Shown here: one piece after another, positions 26,114-37,568 of the stretch | Position numbering within the stretch: position 1 is the first letter of the stretch | Layout of the letters: every line of letters begins with the position of its first letter | Source: Selaginella moellendorffii | Taxonomy: Eukaryota > Plantae > Lycopodiophyta | Length of the DNA stretch: 64,000 nucleotides | Assembly (NCBI RefSeq): GCF_000143415.4 | Contig: NW_003314265.1 | Span: 3,344,443-3,408,442 of the forward strand | Direction of reading: 5' to 3' | Notes under the pieces: model-generated | Database searches by the model: none | What the model was told of the DNA's origin: nothing | The model's input: the letters and a program-made list of their open reading frames with translations, nothing else | Translations under genes and position numbers: made by a program

Positions 26114-27905
26114 TGGAAGTGACTAAATTTTCCATTCAACTTTAGTCACTTAACCATACATTCGACTACTTGGAGGAGTCTCACTCACAACCTCCATAAG
26201 TTATCTTCCGGATTTGGGGTTTGCTAGCCCCGAGAATGGCATCTCTGCCACTCAACCTTTGCACTTGGTTCAAGTGCTCTATATGTCCAATCCCATGACC
26301 AACACTCAAAGGTACCACTGACATATCAACCTGTTACGCTAAGGCCATGCCCTATCACCTTTGCCGCACTAGTGGTCCAATACCACCTAGATCACAATCC
26401 TATCTCTCCAAGACTGGGCCATCTGTCCATGATTGGTCATCCCAAATCCACTGTTTAGCATTCTTAGGATGTCTGCAGACATGGGGAACAACTTTCCCCA
26501 ATATCCCTTTTTCAGTCCCTACTAAGTCCCATTCTGTCCATGGCTATGTTCGCCAACACTACCATTGGAATAAGGCTCACAAGCCTGACCTCTAAGTCTC
26601 ATTGTCCTTTGGGACTTCCTCACCATGTGACTGTATCCTTAGTCACTACACTAAAGGATTGCTCCTTTTCCTTTTCACAGTCTGGGACTTTGGGATAACA
26701 TTTTGGAACACCGTAGCCTTACATGAGCCTCATAGGTACTCTCCCCACCTTCCGCCTTTTGGTGCTCTAGCCATGGGCTTAGAGCAAGGTTCTGTTAAGC
26801 CACGCCAAGTATCCAAGTAGGTAGTGCCACCCATACTTGGACTAGAAGCATCGGCCATTTGATCTCTTGGGGGGACTAGAGATGTCTCTTGAACACTTCA
26901 CCAAGTTACTCTGCTTGTCAGTCCATATTCACTCTAGTCTTGGACTTCCCAATGGTTATACACCTAGGCACAACCTTCTTGGGCCAAATTGACCTTTCCT
27001 AGCCAAACTGGCTCTACTGGAGTCCTCCCTCTACTATACTTTTGGAGCTCACCAAACCCCCTAGGGTTTGGGAGACAAACCCTTTAGGCTTTCACCCTCA
27101 GACTTGGACTCGGACTCAGACTCGAGCTTGGTTTTGGCCTTGGCGTCGGGCTCGGTCTTGGTCCCGGTCTCGGTCTCGGTCTCGGTCTTGGTCCCGATCT
27201 TGGTCTCGGTCTCGATCCCGGTCTCGGTCTCGACCTCAGACTCCATCTCAAGTCCTTCTTGGACTCCATCTCAGACTCCATCTTGGTCTCCATCTCGGAC
27301 TCCATTTCGGGTCCATCTCGGACTCCATCTCAGGTCCATCTTGGACTCCATCTCGGGTCCATCTTGGACTCCATCTCGGACTCCATCTTGGTCCATCTCG
27401 GACTCCATCTCAGGTCCATCTCAGACTCCATCTCAATCCATCTCGGACTCCATCTTGGACTCCATCTCGGGTCCATCTCAGACTCCATCTCGGGTCCACC
27501 TCGGACTCCATCTTGGACTCCATCTCGGGTCCATCTTGGACTCCATCTCAGGCTCTATCTCAGTCCATCTCGGACTCCATCTCAGGTCCATCTCGGACTC
27601 CATCTCAATCCATCTCGGACTCCATCTCAAATCCATCTCAGACTCCATCTTAGTCCATCTCAGTCCATCTTGGACTCCACCACGTGCCATGTGATGGTCC
27701 CTTGTGTCCCTTTTCTAGAGACTCTCTTATTGCTCCCTTCATGCTCGCTCCTTGAGCACTCCGACAGGAGTTCCACTCCCACTCTCGACTCTTTAAGTTA
27801 GAGCTTTTAGTTCAAATGTATTATTATTGTTTAGCTTTCACTTTGGCCACTACCACGTGGCACCCTTTTAGCTCCACATTGGGGCTTAGGGATTTGTGTC
27901 TTAAA
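26114..27905 (-). repeat. 3' LTR of an old family B Ty3/Gypsy element
   Basis: Homologous to solo LTR 23313-24952. Followed by actccaccaccc (PPT GGGTGGTGGAGT on minus). Minisatellite at ~27100-27680. Confidence 0.85.
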
Positions 27906-29073
27906 ACTCCACCACCCATAAATGAAGTTCAATGTCCTCATCGAATGATAAACTATTTTATAAAGTAATACCAACATATATTACCCTTTCCATCCTTGGC
28001 ACTTCGCTAATATTCGTCAATGGTTTGACACTTAAGGTTCACCATGCCTTGCCCATCTTCTAAGGAGCATAGTCTTTCCAACTTAGAGTCTCATTCGACC
28101 ACTTGTCATGGTTCTCTTCTTTTATTGGTTTAATTCTCACTAAACCTGATAGGGACACCTTCTCTATCTCAATCCCACTACTCATTCTCAAGTAGTTTCA
28201 ATTTCCATCGATATAACCTTTGCACTTTGGAATTTTTAATTTTGACTTCTCGAAATCAATTTCCTAGGTCCGACACCTTGCATTGCACATATTGTGCAAC
28301 TCCACTTCCCCATCCTAGGAAATTCTCTACTTGAAAGCACCATTATCCTCTTTTCTATTTCGTGCCCTTTGGCACTAAGTTCCAATTATCATAATTTATG
28401 CTAGAGCTGTCCACAACCGTATCATTTGGCTACCTTACCGCTCCCTCTCTTGGAAGTTCCACTTTTGCCAAATTGGAGCAATTGGGAATCCATATTTGGA
28501 AACACATTGTTTTTCCCACAATCTGTTAGCACCTAATACATTAGTGTTTTTGGCCTAACTTTGCCATTTGGATTCTTTCCATGATTCCCATGGCTCTTAT
28601 CTTAGCCACTAGTCTTTTGCTCCTATCTTCGATTATTGCACTCAACAACATAGGATCACTACCTACATTCTCAAGGTATCCTTGCGGTTTTATAACAAAG
28701 ACTTTGCTTTGCCAAGTCTAGAGGGTGTTCACCCATAGTACGTCTCTTTACCATTTTCTATTATGCTTTATCCATGACCCAACTTTGTGACCTCCCATGA
28801 GTCTTTTATAGAGACTATTTTCTTCGAACTCACTATGCCATCGCATTAATATAATTCGTTTCCCTTAGGTGTTCTTCCCACTTAGTCATTTTGACCAAGC
28901 CACACTATCTTAAACAGTTCAAATCAACACTTTGAACCAGGAACTTCATTCCTTAACCCCACAAGGACCTTCTCCTTGTTTTAGCTATAAGATCACCTAG
29001 TGATCCAACCTTAACACTTTAATAGGTTTGCCAATAGGTATTAGGTCTTCTTGACCTTTAAGTTGTTCACTAT
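27906..29073 (-). pseudogene. Decayed pol (RNase H/integrase) of the old family B Gypsy; continues after 52767
   Basis: Minus strand RLYRWKLKLLE (~28186-28219), a Gypsy RNase H motif. Continuity with 52768 onward inferred from the ACTAT TSD. Confidence 0.6.
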
Positions 29074-29074
29074 T

Positions 29075-29098
29075 AAGCTCTATTTCGTTAAAGTGGGA
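29075..29098 (+). repeat. Left TIR
   Basis: Exact reverse complement of 45971-45994. Confidence 0.97.
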
Positions 29099-29516
29099 AT
29101 TGTCATTATCCCACTTGTAAAATAAGGTTTCCAAATCTTTATATAGTATATAAATATAACAAAATTCAACTGCATTGAGGCACATGCCATTTTATTTTAA
29201 ACAAGGAAATGTCTACTCAATCACTTCTCCTCCCCCTGCCACTGCTTCACCTCTCTCTTCTCCTTGTCATCGTCGTCCAATTTCTTTCCATCTTTTTAAT
29301 ATTGGCTCAGTTGCTCCGAGTTTAGGTGGAGCCCAAGTCCCCATTCAATCTTTACTTTCCCCTTATTAATAAAACAACTTCGTAGACTTCCAATAACATG
29401 CTGTAACACTTCTAGTATAATGCAAATCCTCTTAAAGAATTGTCTTTTAATATTAATACAATGGCATGGAACCCCATGCCATAATAAGTTACATTTTTAA
29501 ATAAATACATGCCATC

Positions 29517-30379
29517 TTAGACTGTTATTTTTTGCCTCCAACGCCTATACAATAATCTTGGAATTTCATCACTCTCCACACTATCAGGATTTAAACCCAA
29601 TAGTAATGCCATCTCTTCTCTAATACGTCCACGCTCATGTTTAGTGGTCGAAGAACCCATCTGGTTGAGCAGATTATGGAGATGCGGATAGTGATTGGCT
29701 AGACAATATACATGCCATAAATGATGACTGGTGTCTGTCCGATCAAATGGCTTCTGATATACCGTTCCATCTGCCATTTGGTTGATTTCTGCAGCCACCT
29801 CCTGGACTGGCCGGTTCTCTATCACCATCGCTCCAAGCCATTTTGCAAGGTCCCCCAGAACATATGGTTTCTTCTCCCTAGTTTCCATACTGCAAGAAAT
29901 GGGGTGCACTGCATAAGTGTGCGTGTTCGCTGCAGTTTTAATCGGCGAGTCATCGATGATGAGGATTTCACTTGACCTAGCAGTCCGGTTCATCACTACA
30001 GCCTCTGGCTTGACAAAGATGGGCTTGCTACCCCTCACATGGACCATAGTCAAGCAATCCTCCTGCGTTAGGAGAAAGTCAAATGGTAATATTACTCGTG
30101 TCTGATCGTGCATCATCTGTAGCAACGTTAATGCATTGTGGCGCATCATGGATGTCCAAACTCCCAATTGCAAATTGAACCCGGCCCTCTGTTTTAAGTG
30201 TTGCATGATCATTATTAGATCCCGCAGTTTCTCCCGTGTGATTAATGTGAATCTGTCTCTTTTGACCAACTTGCGACCGCAGGCTTTGGAGGTTGCAGTG
30301 ACATTCGAGGACGAGCCACGCTCATGGGAGAAAAGGACACCGCTCAGATCAAAAACGATACAGTACCTTCGCCGTGACT
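29517..30379 (-). CDS. Terminal exon: FCP1/NIF-like HAD phosphatase domain
   Basis: IVFDLSGVL (motif I variant), GVWTSMMRHNA, TQEDC, KPIFVK, ILIIDDSPIK...N. Open frame. Confidence 0.75.
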
Positions 30380-33300
30380 CTGAAATGAAATGCGTCAGCA
30401 TAAAAATGGTACAAGTCAATTTTACCATCTACAATATTAGCGAATGGTGCTCCCGATGGTCGTTGAGAGGGTTTTGGTCGAGGAAACGTGAAGGGCGGAA
30501 ATACTCTCCTCTGCAATGTGGGGTCAATCGCATCTGATGGCGTGTGGGCACATGCCATTTCAGCTGTAGACTCTGGTACAACTGGCTCAACAGTGGCATG
30601 GGGTGGTTCCGATGGCGTGTGATCACACGCCATTTCAGCTGGTGCCTCCATTGGCAAAGTGGACATGACCAAACAGGCAGCAGGGGCAGTGTAGGGAGGT
30701 TCCAACGGCACGTAGTCAGATGATTGGGCACATGTTGAGTCCGTTGGAAATGAGGATACGACCGGCTCGGCGGCTGGGGCGGCCTCATGCGGGTCCAATG
30801 GCACCTGGTCACCGTCAGTTGGATACGTGGACAAGATTGACTCAGTGGTATGGGCAGCATCAAGTGGAGTGTGGTCAGCTTGCTTGGCATTGATATGGAT
30901 AGTAGCCTCCACCAACTCTGATGACTCTTGCAGGCAAGTAGAGTCCACTGGCGGATCCATATGCATGTCCAAATATCTCCCTTTGATTGAGATGGTATCC
31001 TCCCGTGCTACTAAAAACAAACTCATTAGCATATTGAATCGACTATACTGTATTTACCATCAACTGCTATTGAGGAACTAGGACCGATATCACTTGGGCG
31101 CACTGCTGATTCTGAAGGATTGGACATACGTTTCGACCCTTGCTTGGCACTATCCTTCCTCGACACTAAAGGCTAGAGTTTGTATCTTAATTCAACTGAA
31201 TAATCTCTACTTACCATTTGCTTTGCAACCTACATGGACAATGTTAGAAATGGTAAAAGGTTAGGAATGGATGTACTATTATTTACCTAATGGTTTGTAT
31301 TGTATGACCTTCCTCCGCTGCTCTTTGGTCACCTCAGGCTGGCCATCATCGTCATCATCGTCGTCGTCGTTATTGTGATTGTCACCATTGTGAGGACCAT
31401 CCAAGTCCTCTTCGTCCTCCTCTTCTTCGTCCTCCTCTTCTTTGTCCTCCTCTTCGTCCTTCTGCTCTTCCTGCTCATTATCTTTCTCTGGCTCCTCATC
31501 CCCCTCCTGCATTTCTTCCATAGGCTGCTCAGGCTGGATGGCTTGTTCTTCTAGGACCATCTTGGGAAAATCATCTGGCCGAGTCTCCATCTCAAAATAC
31601 AAGACATCCATAGCTTGTTTTAATGCGTGACCTAGGACCGTATCCTCACCCGACTGTCTTAACATGGTTTCTGCACGTTCTTGCACCCTTCGAAGACGAC
31701 AAGATGAGAAAAACGTGGCCCTGACTTGAAAAGCATCCCTCATCCATTGTACCTCTCCATTGAGATTGGGGAAGGGGAGTCCGCCATAGGAATCTGAGTC
31801 AGGAGGTGGTGACTGCCTGCTTTCACTCAGCCCTTGATCTGCAATGAATGGCATGAGCATACACGCCATAACCGCGAGGCATTACCTATCATCTTTTCAT
31901 TGCCCTTCTTCCTTTTCGAATCAAACGCCTCTGATCCCGACAACTGTCCAACGTGCTTTCGCTTTTTATGACCACTGTCAGTTTAAGCTTGGCTGGTGCT
32001 TGCCTGTTTTGCCTTTGAAGAAGTGTCTCCTGCAAGGAATGGCATGAGACCACACGCCATTGCAAATATAATTTGTACCTCCTTTTTTCCTATTGCTTGT
32101 CTGTTTGTCCTTCTTCGACGTGCCACCAGTGCGCTTTTCAGTCCTCGTGTCTGAATATTCACAACGATCTATAATCAAAATGGCATGAGGCCTCACGTGA
32201 CCTTACCTTGTGCAAGTTGTGAGCTCGGCCTAACATGGGTATCTTCAACAGTAGCTGTTAATGCCGTTTCAGCATCTGGGGGTGGCCACGCTCCTGCATA
32301 CAGAGCTTGTGAGATAACATTTAAACTTAAAGTGCCTACTCACCAGGTTCACAGAGAAGATACTGTTTTTCTTTGGCAACTGTAATTATATGCTCCATTG
32401 AAGTCACCTCTTCAATGGAGTTTGTCACCGCAACACACGGGACACCCTTGAGTAGTGCGGCTCGAAAGAATAGTCCGCCGCAGTTGTACTCGACAACGCA
32501 TTTGCCCTTGGAGTCGGAAGCAGGTGACCCACCCACTATTGCGTTGAAGACCCAACTGAGCATTTCCCATGCTGCACCTGGAGCTTTCTTTGGATTCGAA
32601 AGCTCCATAGCCGTCTTCAGTTCCTCAGGCACGGGTAAATTGACCTCCCTCAGATCAATTCGATTGGCCTTGTCGAATGAAGCTGGGAAGTCACTCCAGT
32701 CCCACTCTGCTGCAGGACCATGTGGGGAAAAATATACAACAACCAAGAAAGACAGGAAAGACTCCCCTAGGGCTTGTATTTCAGCAGTAACTACAAATCA
32801 CTCATACTGAGTGCGCTGGGCCTGCAATAACTCTTCTATGATCACGGCGATGGGATCTTGACGGCCAATAAAAGGTCTCACCATCTTCAAGCAAAGAGAA
32901 CTCCAGAGCCCGAGAGAGAAAACAAGAGCTGTAAAATAATTGAATGGCCGTACCTAATTTCAAACTCCCAAAAACTTAAACACCAACCAATGGCTGAAAC
33001 TTTCCCAGTTAATAACTCTTCATCCACAACTCCGATCGACTTGATTTTACCACCAAAGAACTGCCCTTGATCAGATCTTCAACTTCATAGAAAACAACTT
33101 CTTCAAATTCTCACTTTTGAAATCCGTCACTTTTTCTCTCTCTAGACGAAATATTCATAGGAAGCTTCTTCAGCGAGCTTCTTCATTTTTCACCTTTTTT
33201 CTAACTCAGAAATACGTCAGACTCACAAAAGCAACCTCAAGTATGAAAATACGACCGTATATATGGTTGACACCATACCACCCTGATACTCGCGCCGCCC

Positions 33301-33660
33301 TCGGCACGCTGACTGCCATTAACCACTGACTTCTTGACTGGTTCAAACCCAACTCTGTTACACTTTCCTCTGACACTGCTCAACTCAGCTCCATTTGACT
33401 TCTCACACGGCGACACTCTGCCTCTTTCAACTCTCTTCTCCTACACTATTGCTGAGCTCGCCTCCACCGACGTCTACAGCCTCCACAAATAAATCCTCCT
33501 GGCGCTCCACACCTGAACTCATAAAATCTCCCCCTTCAGCTGCTCCTCTCAAGGATGTGCAGCTAACTCTACCTGCGTCTTCTACGCTTGTTCTTAAATG
33601 AAAACGCCAACATACCTCCATTCGATTCTGGAATTTCCCATTCAGCTACAACCACTGCTC

Positions 33661-36600
33661 TCAGGTGGCCTCAGCTCTGGTCATCCTCGACTCTGATTCG
33701 GATGGCTCCAACACATTGGACTCTCGCTCAGCTCCGGCTGTTTCAACATTTGAACGTGGATGGTACTTCTTCAATCGGAAACCATTGATCCGCGTTGGCA
33801 GCAGGTTCCCACTCAAATCTGCCACCTGCACTGAGCCATTGTCGTTGACATTCACCACCACGTAAGGGCCCAGCCACCGTATCTTGAGTTTTCCTGGCCG
33901 CTTCCAAAACTTGCTGTCATACAGCAACACCAAATCCCCTATTGCAAACTTCCACTCTCGAATGTGATCATCATGCCATTTCTTTCTCCGCTTCTGCAAT
34001 GCCTCTCTAGCTTGGAATGCCAGCAGCCTCGTCTCATCCAATCGTTCTAGCTCGTTCAGCCTCTGCTGTATGGCACCATCCCAGTCCATAGCATGCTCTA
34101 CAGCCGTCCTCAAGGCTGGAACTTCAAGCTCCACCGGCAATAGTGCTTCCTGCCCATAAACCAACTGAAAAGGTGAGAACCGAGTGGTCACCTTAAAAGC
34201 AACTCGATATGCCCAAACTGCATCCAAAAGGCGCTTATCCCAATCCGTCCGAGAAGCTGAGCAGGTCTTAGTAACAATCCAGCAAAGAGTTCCATTTGTA
34301 CGCTCCACTTGACCATTGCAACGCGGGTAGTAAGGAGTAGACTTCGAGTGATAAACTCCATAAGTTTCTGTCAGTGCTACCACTGCCTCGTTCAAGAAGT
34401 GTGTACCCTGATCACTCACCAGTTCAAGGGGAACTCCAAACCGTGTAATTATCTGCTCATAAAGAAACTCCGCAACCTTCTTACCAGTATCCTCCCGTAG
34501 AGCCTTCACCTCAGACCATTTTGTAATGTAATCAGTGCAGACCAGTACATACTTATAACCTGTCTGTCGAGCTGGAGGAAACGGTCCGCAAAAATCAATC
34601 CCCCATTTTTCAAACGGCATCACTGGCAATAGTGGATGAAGAGGCTGGTAGTCACGCTTATCAGGCTTCCCTGCTCGCTGACAAGGGTCACAGGTTTTGA
34701 CGTAGTACGTAACCTCCTTCCTCAATGTCGGCCACCAATATCCAGCTCTGCAAATAATCTCCATCGTTGCTTCTGTTCCAAAATGGCCTCCATATGCCGA
34801 GTCATGGCATGCCGCTATCACCTTAGTCGTCTCATGTGGTAGCAAACACCGCCTCAGTACGCTATCTCGTCCAATCCGGTATAATACACCGCCAACCATC
34901 GTATAGAGTCGGCTCTGCAACAGAAGCCGTCGCTTCTGCCGGTTATTCAACCCTGCCGGATACTCGCCATTGCCAAGGAACTTAACCATCTCGGCATACC
35001 AGTCCGGCACTGTTTCAAATTGGAAGATAGGTGCATCTGGCAAATCATCCTCTACGCCTACTTCCTCATCACTGTCCTGTGGTGGCAGCCTCGATAAGTG
35101 ATCCGGCATCTGATGGCTGCTTCCAGGTTTTAACACAATCCGGAACTGAAATTCCTGGAGCAGCAACAGCCAACGTGTGATTCTTCCCGTCTTGCATGGC
35201 TTCCCTATTAAATACTTCAATGCCTGATGATCGAGGAAAAACACGAACTCCTTGCCGAGTAGATAATGCCGATATTGCTGGATCGCATAGATCATGCCGA
35301 GTCCTTCCCTCTCAGTTGCTGAATAGCTCTTCTCAGCCGTTGAAAGTTGACGGCTGCTGTAACATATTGGATGATCTGCTCGTCCATCTGAGCGTTGACA
35401 CAGCACCACACCAATGGCCACTGCTGATGCATCCACATGAACGTGAAACTCCAGGTTCCAATCTGGCATCTTCAAAATCGGCGCGTTTACCAGTGCCAGT
35501 TTCAAGCGTTGGAAGGCTGCCTCACATGCAGCTGTCCACTCATATTTAGCCCCCTTCTTCAGCAGGCTAGTCAAGGGTAGAGCTTTCTCAGCAAAGTTCC
35601 TCACGAAACGGCGGTGATATCCCACATGCCCAAGAAATGCTTGCAATTGCTTCACAATCTCTGGTGACACCAGCTGCATGATCACTTGCGTCTTGGCCAG
35701 ATCGACAGCTAAGCCTTCTCTTGACACTATCCGACCCAGCAGCACTCCATGCGTTACCCAGAACTGACACTTGAACGGGTTGAGAGAAATCCCATAGTGC
35801 CGACAGCATTCAAAACACTTCTCGAGCAGGCCTTCATGCGCCAACTCGCTCCCATAGACACTGAAGTCGTCAAGGAATACTTCCATAAACTCTCGCATGT
35901 ACGGCTGGAAAGCTGCTGTGACGACCCGCTGAAAGGTAGCAGGTGCATTACACAGGCCGAAGGGCATAACTTTGTAGGCGTAGCAGCCCCACTCAGTCAC
36001 AAACGTGGTTTTGAGCTGATCCTCTTCTGCTATCTGCACCTGGTTATAGCCGCTGAATCCGTCGAGGAAGGAATAAAGCTCGTGTCCCGCCACAGCATCA
36101 AGTACCGTGTCAGTAAAGGGCAGAGGGAAGCCATCCTTCTCAGTCACCTCGTTCAGCTTCCAGTAATCCACACAGACTCGCAGCTGGCCATTCTTTTTTG
36201 GCACCACCACAATCGGAGACAACCACTGGCTCGTTTCCACCTCGTAAATAAACCCAGCTCGCAGCAACTTCTCCAGCTCCTCTCGAACAGTCTTGGAGTA
36301 ATTCGGGTTCATCCTATATGGCCGCTGCCGAATAGGCACTGCTCCTGGCTTGAGAATGATCCGGTGCTGAGCCAGCTTCACATCCACACCTCGCATGTCT
36401 CTATAAGACCATGCAAACACGTCGAGGTACCTGTAAAAGAGGCGCCTCAACCTCTCCTTAACTTGGACCGGCAAGTCAGCTCCGACCTTCACCACCTTTT
36501 CCTCCTCGGCTGATCCGAGGTTCATCTCTTCGACAATCGGCTGAGCTGTGTATCGGCTACTACCTTGTCCTCCAGGCTGGATCGCTGGCTCTTCATCAAT

Positions 36601-37392
36601 CTCTGGAACGGAACCATCTATAACTTCGGAATAAAAATGGCGGGGAAACTGCTGCAGTCGTTCCTGCTCCACTACTGGCTCCAAGTCCTCGACCTGAACC
36701 ATTCCACAGCTCACATCACCACCAAACAACCAATGCTTGAGTCGATCGCTCGCTGTTCCATCTTCAAAAGGTGACAGCAGCAGGGCGTTGTAACCAGAGC
36801 AGGGCTCCACAGCTGCAACCTCCACTGAACTCTCATCATTCGACCGACTCTGCTCTGAACACACCTCACTCATATGCTCTCCTGCTTCTGATCCAGTCGT
36901 GGTATCACTGCTGTCATCAATCCCATCCACTATCGGCTCACACGCTACTGGAGTCCAGGCCGGCCTCTTCCTCGTCCGAACTTGGATAGTGCGCGACTTG
37001 TTTCCATCTCCAATCGTAATAGTCCCCTTCGGCCAACTCTGATCTGCCCAGGCCTGCAACAGCCACGGTCTTCCCAAAAGAATTGGATAATCCAGCTCGT
37101 GTCCAACCATCCTCAGCACCACGTAATCAACATAAAAGATAAAGCCGGCAATCTCCGTCTTCACCCCAGTAAGTACACCAACCGGTCTCGAGCGAGAATG
37201 GTTTGCCATGCGGACACGAAAATAAACTGGAGACGGCTGCTCCAACCCAAGTTTCGACACCATTTGCTCAGGCATTACGTTGATGGCAGCACCTCCGTCA
37301 ATCACGCACCCCTTCAAGTGTTGACCTGAAATCTCTGCATCTATAATTGGATTCTCTGCTTCGATCATTGGCCATGCTGCATTCACTACCAC
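33661..37392 (-). CDS. pol: Pol polyprotein (protease, RT, RNase H, integrase)
   Basis: IDGGAAIN protease, FLDDFS RT, HVDASAVAIG RNase H, HHCC plus WGIDFCGP/SDQGTHF integrase, GPY motif. Upstream linker carries one TGA and a frame change relative to gag. Confidence 0.95.
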   Translation of the reverse strand: MVVNAAWPMIEAENPIIDAEISGQHLKGCVIDGGAAINVMPEQMVSKLGLEQPSPVYFRVRMANHSRSRPVGVLTGVKTEIAGFIFYVDYVVLRMVGHELDYPILLGRPWLLQAWADQSWPKGTITIGDGNKSRTIQVRTRKRPAWTPVACEPIVDGIDDSSDTTTGSEAGEHMSEVCSEQSRSNDESSVEVAAVEPCSGYNALLLSPFEDGTASDRLKHWLFGGDVSCGMVQVEDLEPVVEQERLQQFPRHFYSEVIDGSVPEIDEEPAIQPGGQGSSRYTAQPIVEEMNLGSAEEEKVVKVGADLPVQVKERLRRLFYRYLDVFAWSYRDMRGVDVKLAQHRIILKPGAVPIRQRPYRMNPNYSKTVREELEKLLRAGFIYEVETSQWLSPIVVVPKKNGQLRVCVDYWKLNEVTEKDGFPLPFTDTVLDAVAGHELYSFLDGFSGYNQVQIAEEDQLKTTFVTEWGCYAYKVMPFGLCNAPATFQRVVTAAFQPYMREFMEVFLDDFSVYGSELAHEGLLEKCFECCRHYGISLNPFKCQFWVTHGVLLGRIVSREGLAVDLAKTQVIMQLVSPEIVKQLQAFLGHVGYHRRFVRNFAEKALPLTSLLKKGAKYEWTAACEAAFQRLKLALVNAPILKMPDWNLEFHVHVDASAVAIGVVLCQRSDGRADHPICYSSRQLSTAEKSYSATEREGLGMIYAIQQYRHYLLGKEFVFFLDHQALKYLIGKPCKTGRITRWLLLLQEFQFRIVLKPGSSHQMPDHLSRLPPQDSDEEVGVEDDLPDAPIFQFETVPDWYAEMVKFLGNGEYPAGLNNRQKRRLLLQSRLYTMVGGVLYRIGRDSVLRRCLLPHETTKVIAACHDSAYGGHFGTEATMEIICRAGYWWPTLRKEVTYYVKTCDPCQRAGKPDKRDYQPLHPLLPVMPFEKWGIDFCGPFPPARQTGYKYVLVCTDYITKWSEVKALREDTGKKVAEFLYEQIITRFGVPLELVSDQGTHFLNEAVVALTETYGVYHSKSTPYYPRCNGQVERTNGTLCWIVTKTCSASRTDWDKRLLDAVWAYRVAFKVTTRFSPFQLVYGQEALLPVELEVPALRTAVEHAMDWDGAIQQRLNELERLDETRLLAFQAREALQKRRKKWHDDHIREWKFAIGDLVLLYDSKFWKRPGKLKIRWLGPYVVVNVNDNGSVQVADLSGNLLPTRINGFRLKKYHPRSNVETAGAERESNVLEPSESESRMTRAEAT

Positions 37393-37568
37393 CTCTCAAT
37401 GGGCCTTGACTGCTGTGGCCACCACTTTCCTTAGACTTGGTGCCAGCTGTAGTAATTGCGCAAATGTGATACTCGGCTTCTGATTCTCTAAGTCCTTGAG
37501 CACGTCGTAGGGCTGAGTTTCTAGATTTAGCACCTGCTTATACCGGCGAGATCTCCGCTGGCCCATCT

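Noticed and set aside
24087-27801. SR-rich, SDSIS and HLGL repeat ORFs
   Set aside because: Translations of the LTR minisatellite in several frames, not genes.
32721-32746. N-terminus MVVVYFSPH of ORF 32336-32746
   Set aside because: Derived from the Gypsy LTR end; the real upstream coding sequence is at 40294 and above.
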